Source: Tubulanus polymorphus (taxonomy: Eukaryota > Animalia > Nemertea). Taken from it: a stretch of DNA of 64,000 bases. Each line of letters begins with the position of its first letter. The first letter of the stretch is position 1. The DNA is taken from positions 1,240,001 through 1,304,000 of the forward strand of contig NC_134028.1 of NCBI RefSeq assembly GCF_964204645.1, read 5' to 3'. Below are positions 38,110-50,300 of this stretch, piece by piece. The notes beneath the pieces were generated by a model, which was not told the origin of the DNA, ran no database searches, and saw only the letters and a program-made list of their open reading frames with translations. A program made the position numbers and the translations under genes.

Positions 38110-38933
38110 GAGTACTTTTAATGTCATCACAACAGGGACGAACAAGTCTTTTCACTCTCGAAAGACCTTGAAACTAGTTATTGTTTATTTTGACTGGTAT
38201 GGTAACCCTTCTCCCTAAGAGTGAACTGACTTGTCACAGTCTATGAATTTTCCTTATGCAAAAAGACATTATCATCCGTGAGGAACTCATGTGGTTCAAT
38301 GAAATCAAACGTTTTAGTCGGATCTCGACAGTCAGCTAAAGATAGTCTGGTGCAGTAGTCAAAATCAACTCAAAAACTACTAGATATTTTTCTATTAAGC
38401 ATTTTACACTTTCTTTCGTCATTGAAATGACATTAGAACAATATAATATTACACAGCCTGACAGTGATCATCTCTCATACGAGTCAACTCTACATAAATA
38501 AGCATCAATACACATCCCTTTCATTTATCGGTTGATATACATGTATATACGTTTATTACACTTTAAACTGGTGTAACTAAATAAGTTTTTCCCTATTATA
38601 CTTAAACAAAGTAGCAACAAATCAAGAGTTCTATTTGCTTATTCAGGGCAGGTGTCTACCACTCAATAGATAGAACATAGAGAATTATTCACGAAAAATG
38701 TATTAAGAAAGAGGTGGCCATGTCAAACACACACATAGACACTGGACTGGAGGAGCATAATACATTTCTACGCTCATTTCAATAAAATCTTTGCAGTAAG
38801 CGAACAACATGAACAGATCACAAAAATGGCTTCCTCTAAACCCCTCCATATTTCATCCTTCCTACGATCGTTGCAGAAACCGTTTGCACAAATAAATCAA
38901 AGCCAAGTACAAATTCAAAACCAATGCATCATT

Positions 38934-39195
38934 CAGGGGCAGATCTAGGAACATTGGAAGCCAGGTGTCCAGAGGAAATAACTAATTTTTCAGATAAAGC
39001 AGGACATCTAGCTATTAATGGGGTCCAACCCCCAGTTTAAGATATTATTGAAGAAATATGTCCAAAAAGATGCAAATACTGAGAGGATGAGAATGAAATT
39101 TGCAGGTTATAACTACCTCTGTCTTGACGAAAAGGGCAACCTCAAGTGAAAGGCAGGGGTCCAGACCCCGAAACCAACTCCTAAATCTGTCTCTG
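38934..39195. mobile_element. hAT-like MITE, probably in DLG5 3' UTR
   Basis: TIRs CAGGGGCAGATCTAGGA / TCCTAAATCTGTCTCTG; no clear TSD. Confidence 0.65.
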
Positions 39196-40690
39196 ATTAT
39201 GAATTGGTTGGCGGTGATGTTTATATAGTACAGCAATGGTTTAAATGTAGCTTTATCGAAAATATCACTACAGAGTAATGCAAATATAAAAATTATCTTT
39301 ATGATAAAGTTACAACACTTTCCCTAGAAATCATTACTCTAAAGTATGAAAAAACACCGAACATTAAAGTTTTATACAATTATTGTACAAAATCAAAAAT
39401 ATATCGACTTTTTTGTTGCAAAAATGGAAGGACGCGAAAATATAATATGGATCCTTAATGAACCCAACACACCCAAGATATATTCACATTGGTAGTTGAC
39501 TTTTTTCTATCATCTTATCGTCATCATTTTCAAATAAAGATTCTTAATAGTTTTATAAAATGCAAGAAAATTTACACCATTACTTTTTACTAACAAAATA
39601 ACAACAAGCGTCGTACGTCATTTACTCTTGACTCTTCAAGCACCTCAGCAGTTCACTACAAACAATTCACTCAAATTATATGTATCGCCTTTATATCAAA
39701 ATGTACCAGTTAGTGCACAGATCTTAAAATAGTCAATTTAAGATTGGTTGATACAGGCCGGAAACTCATGTGAAAACAAATACAAGGGTCAGTTTAATTA
39801 ATAAATCGATCAACAGAAGATCCAGTTTTTTTCTTATTTCCAAATTGTTGTTGTTATATTAGCTACTATATTAGTAATCTAAGTTGAAATTGACGACTCT
39901 CAGGACTCCAGTTGCATAGTTCTCGGTTCAACTTGAGTCTAGAACTGTGCAACTGACTCCTGAGCTGTAAAACTGTCCCTGTAAAGATTGTTTTTTTCCT
40001 ACACTCGATACATGGAAAATATCAAAATAAAACACATTAAAAATCATGGTCCATATTAATTCATACACGAACATTTAGAAATAAATAAATGTTTTACATC
40101 TTTGAGGCTCTCAATTTGCTTGAATCAACGAATAACACAAAATGGAATTCTGTTTGATAAAATGAACACCACTTTTATTGCGAATTCGCTGTCCAGCAAT
40201 GGGGCCTAGTTCATTAGGCATCCTGGTCCACTTCAATACACAGTGCAGGCCCTGAGCAGTGATACCACAATCTTTCATGAGGCAAATATCCATTGACATA
40301 CATAACAAAAATACATTACCACTAACATTGCGAGTAAAATGATTCATGTCACTTTCAAAGGCTGATATTTGTGTTTCTAGTCAAACTAAGGCTAAATCAT
40401 TAGGTACCAATTAAGAGATTTTTAGCAATTCTATCTTATATTAAGTTATGCCCAATTAGCAATTTGGCTCAAGTTACAACTCGGTCAAGAAGCGTTACTC
40501 ATGCAAGGGTCAAATTTATTTCAAGACGAAACATTTTTTTTAACTAATTGCGCCAATGCGATTTTCATTTCGCAGTCATTACAATAATTAGAATTCTATA
40601 GTTCTGTAGAATTCAATTCTCACTTGACTCTATCGAGTTACAGTTCATTCATTTTCCATATTAGAATCCTAGTGTAAAATTCTACCCACC

Positions 40691-40885
40691 AACAGTGGAA
40701 CTGGGTCCATAACTATGGAACTGGGTGCAGAACTATGGAACTGGGTCCAGATCTGTGGAACCGGGTCCTGAACTATGGAACTGGGTCCAGAACAACTGTG
40801 AAACTGGGTGTAGAACTGTGGAACCGGATCCAGAACTGGGTCCTGAACTATGGAACTGGGTCCAGAACAACTGTGGAACCGGGTG
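40691..40885. repeat. About 20-bp tandem array (about 9 copies) of MITE TIR sequence AACTRTGGAACTGGGTCCAG
   Basis: The unit equals the terminal inverted repeat of the MITE copies at 48014-48160 and 50932-51127. Confidence 0.85.
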
Positions 40886-41363
40886 CTGGTATTTATTGAC
40901 TAGTTATACACATATCTAATAAAAAATGCTCGTGAAAAGTTACACGAAGGATTCAACTAAATAAGTCATCAAGGTAATTCAAGTTACCTCTGATTACAAC
41001 TGGGTTCATATATACATGTACCGGTACATAAAATGGCTTCATTGATTAAGTTTAAGGATCAGTTGCTCGATAACTGACATAGTGACAATTAAAACTGTAT
41101 TGTTATAATAGTATTCAAATGGCGGCGACTGACCCTAACACGCGTGAGATAAACATGTTGAAAAACATATTCCAAGCCATTTCTATCCAAACACATCATT
41201 ATAGAAGGAACTACCGGTACCTCAGAGTAGATCGGCGTCATACATTTGAAGCTCAAGTTCACAGTTTTAAGCACATTGAATTGATTTAATCCTCATTCAC
41301 AGTTTTCGTATAATCCTTGAATTCAATCGGTGATTATAATGAGTTTCTCTCTCAGTTGAGGAG

Positions 41364-44300
41364 TTAAAGTGTCCCCGACGGAACCCAGATGGTTTTCTTC
41401 TGTTCAGATTCGATTGTCGCTTTGATCTGGGTGCACATAAACGCTAGATTTCCACCCATAATCACAGCTGAAATTATACGCATACAAAATATTCAGATTC
41501 AATCAATCATTATTGATCGATAAAACAATATCTATTCCAACTTTATCCTTTTATATACTCAAACGATGCTTCTTACCTGAAAACAAATGCTTGTAATCTT
41601 GTTCAATTTCTTGGAAATGTTCAAAAAGTTCCTTGGCAGCTTTGTTGCTCAGTTTTTCTGGCAAAAACCGAGTATCTTTGACTTCACTAAAAATGCACAA
41701 AATCAAAAGAATATCATAGATTATCGTTGATGAAAAATGGTAAGAGAGATGATGATGATGATGCGGAATTTTGTACCGTATTTGTTTGACGTTCTTGTGT
41801 TTAGTAAATAAGACTATCGGATAGATGTGACATCTATGTAGGATTTCAATACCGCACGCACCGACATTTAACATACAATGACGATTCTGAAATATTCATT
41901 AACTCAAAATGAAATATCCACGATACCGAATAACATCATCGCCTATTGGGTTCAAATATACAAAATTCACAATTAGAGAATCAGAAACCAGATTCAAAAT
42001 AGGCTACCGATTTCATTCATTTACAGACTTCATGTTTTTCATAGTTTTCATGATTTAGTTCAAAGAGCCCTGACGCTATAGAGATTTCTTAAACAAGATT
42101 AGAGCTGAACTTCTGACATTCTGCGTCTTGTGATTATATCCATGTGTACCAACAGTATAATCCACATATATATGGATTACATGTATATGAAATTTATGTT
42201 TTATGTCCATGTGACTCGACCTCGCCCAGATGGGCTAAAAGCCCGGGGGCTGTTTTACGGGGGGGTGTGTGTTATCACGACTATGAAAAGAGTTTAATTG
42301 ATAATCACTTTTTCTGAAATGCCTTTAATTCCGTCTATTGTGATGACTTCGAAACAATCTTCTCCTTTTTTGTGATAATTCACGAATAATCCGTCCATCT
42401 GTCCTTTTTCCATCATCGCAGGAGAAGCTTTGATAATTTCTGACGGTGGCAAAAAAATCATAACATAAAATTTATAATTTCCTTTCAGAAATTCATAGAA
42501 ATCAATGAACGACAATATATTACGTATGCTACGTACCGGGTTCACAACGAGTGAAACGATCCGGTGCCTCAGACGTTAAATAACTAACTATCGGTTCGGC
42601 TAATGGACCCAAAATCAATACAGGACGACACATTACATCTTAAATAACAAAATATAAACGCATTATAGTAACGTTCTTAGATTCAACCTCACTTGTCAAG
42701 GTTTGATTGCTTCCTCCCGAAGCAACACAAACCCTGGCCGCAGACCCATCATTGGATCCTTTACCCTTTTGGGCGGACAGGATACCGCTCAGAGGCCAAT
42801 TAGATGTGTTATATAATAGAGACAAATCTGCTGGTAAAAAACAAACCAGCTGATTGGTCTAATATATATGAAGGGTCTGCGGCCAGGGTTTGTGTTGGTG
42901 TGAGCTTCAGCGGGAGGCAATCAAACCCTGGCAAGCAAAGATGTCTTAGATTAAGATCTCTATCGAATCTCGCCAAGACTAGATAAACTTACGATCGAGT
43001 CTTGTAACTTTTTGATAGGTCAACATCGTACCATCTGCAAATAAACGCATTCGAAATATGTTTAAATCGGTCGCTGAATTTCATAAGTCTGAAAATCTTT
43101 CTTTGTTTCTTATATCCTAGATGTTTCATATATCCTAATAACGTGACTATTAGGAAATAGCGGAAATTTTTTAAAAAAATTATTAGCTCAAGGAAACGTT
43201 TCGAACATTTACGGTGAATGCAAAAGCTAGCTGAAAGCCAATGAAACTCCATGAGAGTGACAAGGTTGTATGTACTCTCGATTGAACTCACCGTCTGAGA
43301 TGGGCCAAATATCAGCGGACATCGAGACATCAGAAAATGACGTCAATTCACGACTGTCTTTAGAATTATTTCGTTGATGTCGTTTACGACGGAAGAAACT
43401 GCGACGAGTCGAACCCGAACCACGACGTGATTTATTGAATTCACCACCGTCTTCCATCGCTACTTCTGAGGCGCTTCGTCTTAGAGTGAACTCATCTTCT
43501 AATCTATATATATATATATATATATATATATAACACAATCCATATGAGTTCAGGTTCAAATAGGTCGATCTCAACTTGAAATGAGGATTATTATTCATGT
43601 TTAAGAATTTATAGAGTGGCTTAATCCAAAATGGCTCTAAAGTGGTTTATCAATTGAACTCAAAATTATGTTGCAAGTTACAAAACTGATAAATTAAAAT
43701 ATATTATATTTCTATAAGTTCATCTAAAGATTTGTTTTGTAACTTTGATGATTTAAGGTAAAGCGTTTCATAGAAACTGGTGCATTACAAGATAAGCAAG
43801 GCATACTTTAATTCGTTGTCGAGAAATTGTAACTGCTTACCTCGATTTACTAGGTACCGTGCCGACCTGTAACCGGTTTCCACTGTTATCCACTAACCAC
43901 GCTTTCCACAATCCGATCACACCGTTATAAACAGTATTCGATACGTAGAGAACGTCATCTTTTTGAAAAGTCAGTTCACTGTCAGTTTCAGCTTTCTTAT
44001 CGAATTGCACGCGTACGTAAAATGCATCTCCAGACGTGTCCTGACTGATTTTGTTGTATTCTACAAAACATCGATTAAAATGATTAATTTTCCAGTAAAA
44101 TATTGCTGAAAAGCTGTTCAGAGAATGCTGGTAGAACGTACTGGTGCTGTTGTACTGAGCGAGAATAGTAACAGTTTCAGCCGGTCGTGACACTTCATAT
44201 AGAGCCTTCTCAGCCGTAGCACCTCGTAAATCAACACCATTAAACTGTAAATATATAGAAAGAGTTACTTAACAAACAGCAGGCTTCAAACAACTATAAC

Positions 44301-47300
44301 TTATACTTATATTCTACTGAGTGACAACTTAGTCTTAGCTCGATATAAGTAGAAAATAGGGCTGTCAACCTCTAGAGTGCTATCAGTGACTAATTGAATT
44401 TTTTCAGTAAAATTTCATTGAAATATGATAGAAAATGTTCAAATTAACCAATAATCAATAGTAAAACCCTCAGTTACATCTTCAATAATTTTGTATGCAT
44501 CAATACAAATCAAATCAGTATTTCTCAGTACGTTTTTTGGCAGTACTAACCTCTAATATTTGATCACCTCTCTGTAAACCGTTGATACTAGCAGCCGGAC
44601 TATCTGGAGCGATATCTCTGATAAATATACCGGTAGCGTTTCCACCTATCAGACTGATTCCGATATCGGACGATGTTTTCTTTAAGAAGACGAATCTCGG
44701 TTCACACGGAGCTGGTGCTGATTCTTCAGCTATCGTTGTACTGCGTAGACTAGCGTTAGCGCTGATATCACTACACAAAATATATAAATCATTCAATTAA
44801 TCTTAATTCCCTTCCTAACAAATATTTTCTGATAAATACATATCATAGTGCAGAAGTGGAAATGTACATGTATGAGGGGGAAAGGACAATGGATAAGCCC
44901 TGAGGATGGAGTGGAGCGGAGTACCCCAAAAACAAATGGATTATGTTCATTTGATGTCAGTGATGATGATATCAACAATGAGAAAATGAAGATGTTATAA
45001 TATCGAGATTAATACGACAAGATTTAAACGCAGTTTGAGCAATAAGCAGTTAGAGACTCTAAGTAACATCTGGGTACAGTACCACAGTTGTCAATTAAGT
45101 TTGAATTTAACGATGAACCATGTACGGTAACTGGATTCTGATTGATTAGAATTAAGTTCACACATTTTCTAAAACGTACCGTCTAAATTTCAGTTTAGAT
45201 TTCGGCGAGTTTGTCGGCGTCGAAGTCAACGTTTCAGAGGAGCCACGATGAGGTTCTTGTCGACTAGGAACCGGTGAACTAGGATTAGAACTCTGAGGAG
45301 TTGAACTCGAACCGTCCGAGTCATATGAATCTCGGAATTCTGTAAGAAAACCATAATTAAAATCAAAATAAACCCACAAGTGATAGATAAGAGTTTCATT
45401 CAGTTCCAATCAGGTTTAAAGCCCATGGGAATTGTGCACTTACTCCTTGGATTGTATTGAACCAGTATAGTGATACTATCTCCTAATTGACGCAGAACAT
45501 TAGCTCCTTGTTGATAGGTGGCGTTACGCATGTTTATACCACAAACCTAAAGAAAAATACAAAATATCAGCATTTATTGCGTTTCATCAGCATCATGGTT
45601 CCCAAAGTTACAGCAATGCAATACCAGATTGGATGAAAATTGTATTTTGAGTTGTGATACCTCGAGTAGTTGATGTCCGATAACGAGTCCCGCTTGAGCT
45701 GCCAAACTTCCCTCAGCGACCGACGATACAAATATTCCACCTTTCAATCCGGGTTGGATTTGAATCCCGAGCGGAACAGAAGTTTTCTCAATCGTTATAC
45801 TACGAATTTCACCTTTATGCGGTCTACAAAAAAATGTTACGTTTCAGTTAATTGTTAACCTTTTCCCATCTGTCGGCTACTGTGTAGTCTCAGGTGCGCT
45901 CTCTTTCACATTATATCAGTTGGCAAACACAATAAGTACCTAATAAACCCAAACCCAAGTTTGTGAATCCCCTGATTATCTCTTGTTGTTTTGTATTTAA
46001 GGCAAGTCTCAAGCGATTGGCAAACAAACCATGACCTCACTTGTAATGCCACCAGTATACATAGTCACAGACAATAAGTGATTTACAGACTAGTTTATAA
46101 ATCCCCTCATTATGTTTAGTAGTTATGCGCGGTAAGTCTCCAGCACCGACGGACAAGCAACACCTGTATTTCAAATGAAACTTACTTTCTGAGCTGCTGT
46201 GCTTCAATCGGTGTTGAGCCTAACGATGAGACTGATCCAGGGCTATGTAGATCTATTGGAACGAAAGGACTGCTACAATGTGACACTGAAAAATAATTAG
46301 CATGATACAACCATGAGTATGAACTAGTCAAATAATTTTCTGAATACGATAGGTCATATTTTAAATGGAGTATCGCTAATGGAGCAACAATACACTGCAT
46401 TATTCCTAGTGAATATTACTACATTTTCTATGAAATTTATACTGGATTTTGAGGCTTTTAGATCTAAACACCAAACAAGTCATCCTTGTTGAATGAATCC
46501 TCGCTTGTCACAGTAGCAGTGCCGCTGTCTCATTATAGATATATCAGACTTACTTCTGTCAATTGAACTGGTTGAAATGCGACCCACAGACGACCTTGAA
46601 GCTACACTTTGATTTGACGGGATACGTATTCGATCGCTCTGTCGTTTCGGGAATGTAGAGTTTCCATTCATCTCGAGGTCGGCGTGGCGACCGTACATCG
46701 GGCGTTGTTGTATCACGTGATATGGAAAATCATCGTCAGGAGTTGAAGATGCCGAACAATCAGCACTCTGTAATAGACACATACAATCAATCAGTTACAA
46801 TTCTTCTCAAATAAACACATCTGTCTATTTCAACTTGGAATGGACATCGGGTGCCATTACCCAGTCAATCTGTGTAGTAGTAAAACATACATCTTTAGAT
46901 GGTCAGCACAAATGGGCAGCTGAACTAAAACATTTAGTTTATTATCCATTTTAAATTGCACAGAATGGATTAAAAATTGATGTTTTAGTTCAGCGCTCCA
47001 TTTGTGCTGGTTATTGTAACACCTCTATCAGGTATGTACTGCCAACATTGACTCAGTTTTGGCATCCGATATTATTTAAACAAGTTGAAATAGAGATTAG
47101 TTACTCATATATCCTGCACAAGAGACTAGTGATAAACCACAAGAAGATTAAGTCCAAAATTTATGAATTAAGTCCCAAAACGTCTAGAACCCTCACAATT
47201 TCAATATCACTTGCGAAAAGTGACTTTTCAGTTCATTTTGACCGGGCTAATTAATTGATTTGTAATATTCTGTGAAGTCACGAGGAACTGGATTTTGATA

Positions 47301-50300
47301 ATCTGCCGCATACAGTATGAATTATTGATGTTTTTATTTGCCATGAAATTGAAGATAAACCGAGCTGTATCTGATTACAGACAACCAGCTGATGAAATTA
47401 TTAAAATCAATCGTGTTGTTTCACTGTATATGACAGCTGTAGATAAACTGTCTTTACTACTCGCAGAGACGCTAAATATCACTCTCATTAAAACATTCAA
47501 TATCAAATCATGCGCAAAATCATGTAGGAACATTTACTGGAAAGTTTACATCCGCAGTTACGGTTATTTCTGACCCGATGGTTTACACATTGCAAACATC
47601 CAGAATAGAAAATGAATCTATAAGTTTCATCGTTTGTTATCAAGCATAAAAAAAACATGAATCCAACATTTCATGCCAAGAAATTGTGATCATCAACGCA
47701 TCATCCGTTTTAGTTCAGGCCGTTGAATAAAATCGCATGTTCAAATGCAAAAAACTTTCTATACTAACATTAGAAGATTATTAGCAAGTAGATATTTCTA
47801 TCATTGTCAATTTTTAGTTAAGAATAAGAAACTAAATACACGGCAATTATATAAAAAATAACACATTCATGAACCTGAATCAAGTTGCGAAGCCAGAACA
47901 TTCATCTAAGGCTTAACATTTAATCATTCATTGAGCAACTTATGGCTGAGCTATTGGTATTAATTAGCTTAAATCAATGTGGCTGAACACCTTCAGCACC
48001 AAACACAAGCTACTGGATCCAGTTACGTAGTTCTGAGTTAACTCACGACTATGGAACCGCGCCCAGGACCCAGTTGTGAGTTTTAGTTAACTCTTGAGTT
48101 AAATTAGTTCATTTTAGTTAGCTCAGAGTCAAATCTGAACTCAGTACTATGGAACCAGGCTCAGGATGAGGTACTAGACTAAAACGTGCTGCTGTATGGC
48201 GCTGAAGGTGTTCACAACCATTAGAATCAAACATAAAATTAAACTTACATGCACAGAAGACACTGGAGATGCATTGTAATAATGAGAGTGTTCTGTATCA
48301 GTCTGCGGAGGACGATAGGCAGGTGGAGAGCTATAGGAGGGGGGAGGAGGGAATGGAAATTGTGGACATTGTGAAGGAGATGTTGATACTCGTTGACTGC
48401 TTACGGTGTAAACGGGAACGCAATTATTGGTCGATCGTAACTCAGCGTGAGCGCTGAAAATGAAAAAACAATATCACTTCACTGATGATGGAGTCAGTTT
48501 TAAAGACTAATGTCTATTTATTAATTGATGAGACCTGTTTTTCTGGGATATTTTGCTTACTTTTTGGGGTACATACCTAATTTATGTCTTAACAGAATGC
48601 CAAAAATCGCGGACAACAACTGAATATCCGATATATTTCCAGTTCTGTACCAATTAGATGGATTGGCAAAAAGACTCCTTAAGTCCAGTTGAATGAGAGA
48701 GAAAATCCTCCATTTTGTCAAATTTCTTGGATTTGAACATTGTTACCATGCCTACGCCACCCTGATTTAGTTGTTGAGACCCCACAAGAAAAATAACTTC
48801 ATTTCGTAGGCATGGTGACAATGTAAAAATTCAAGAAATTTCACAAAATGGAGGATTTTCTCTCTCATTCAACTGGACTTAAGGAGTCTTTTTGCCAATC
48901 CATCTAATTGGTATAGAACTGGAAATATATCGGATATTCGGTTGTTGTCCGCGATTTTTGGCATTCTGTTAAGACATAAATGAGGTATGTACCCCAAAAA
49001 GTAAGCAAAATATCCAAGAAAAACAGGTCTCATCAATTAATAAATAGACATTAGGTATCAAATCTACCTCTAGGGGTAAATTCTCAACCTCGACTTTGAG
49101 ATTTAACTGCGGAAATAGTACTACGTAATAACATGTGTGTGTTTACCTGGGAACTGATGACATAGGAACTGGTGAATAATTAGTCTGGTTCCTATTTTGT
49201 CCGACGATGCCGCGTTCCGGACCGCGTTCAGGACCACGTATGAGTCGTCGACTCATTTCGGACGACGGTGAGATCATTCTGTTTCCGGTTTGAGGCAGTG
49301 GTCGAGGTGAATACATCGGGTTAACGTCTAATGAAGTAGGATGCTGCGCGGGAGGCCGAGGGAAGTCCGGTATCGGCCGATGATCTCGACGATGCGCCGG
49401 TGCCGAGATCGGTCGCCGATAGCGACACTGCTTTATTATATCGTTATTGTTGCGATGATTCGGTAGGGCGGTTGCTAGGATACTGGTATAATCTATCGAT
49501 GAATTCGGCGTGCTGTCTCGTGAGAAACTACTCGCGTCATTCTCCGTCTGTTCCGTACCGCCGCCGTCGTCGATGACGATGTTATTATTGTTGTTGTTGC
49601 TAGGTGATGACTCATCTCGTATTAACGGTTGACTAGATAAATAAGGACTGGATTTACTCGGTTTCGGTTGTTGGGTCGATATGTTGGTATATTTGACCGA
49701 GTTCTGCGGACTATGACGGAATGTAGCCTCATACGAGGAATCTCCTCGCTGAGGTGGATTCGGAGGTAAACATTCCTGAGGACGAGGAGCGTGTTCGCTA
49801 TTATTGGTCGCTATCATTTGAAATGGAATGGCCGGCCGTTGTTTTGGGTGATGATTGAACTGTGATATCGTACCCTGCTGCTGCTGGTTGCTATAGTTGA
49901 ATCGTAAACCGTATGATTTCGGCCACGTTCCACCGTTACCGGGATTCTTTACGAATCGTTGCTGCTTGTTTTCTGTTGATGATGTTTTCGCGTTGCTATG
50001 CGCCTGTAAGATCGTATCTAGTTCCGTTAAAACGATCTGTTCCGGGGTCGTTAGTTCCTCTCTCTCCGGGGCCGGTGACCCTCGATCGGTTTTCGCTGCC
50101 TCTCTGTTTTTGTTTCGCGGACGACCGAGCAGTTTTTCGTACGCTCGGTCCAGTAGGGTTTCGTGATGAGAATGAGGCCGATCGTGACTTTTCGCTTTTT
50201 TCATTTTCGGACTCGTCGGAGTACGGTGTAAATTGTCCGTCTGCGATTGGCTAGATTTCACCGTTTTAACGATCAGTGGCTCGGTTGTCGGCCAGAGTTT

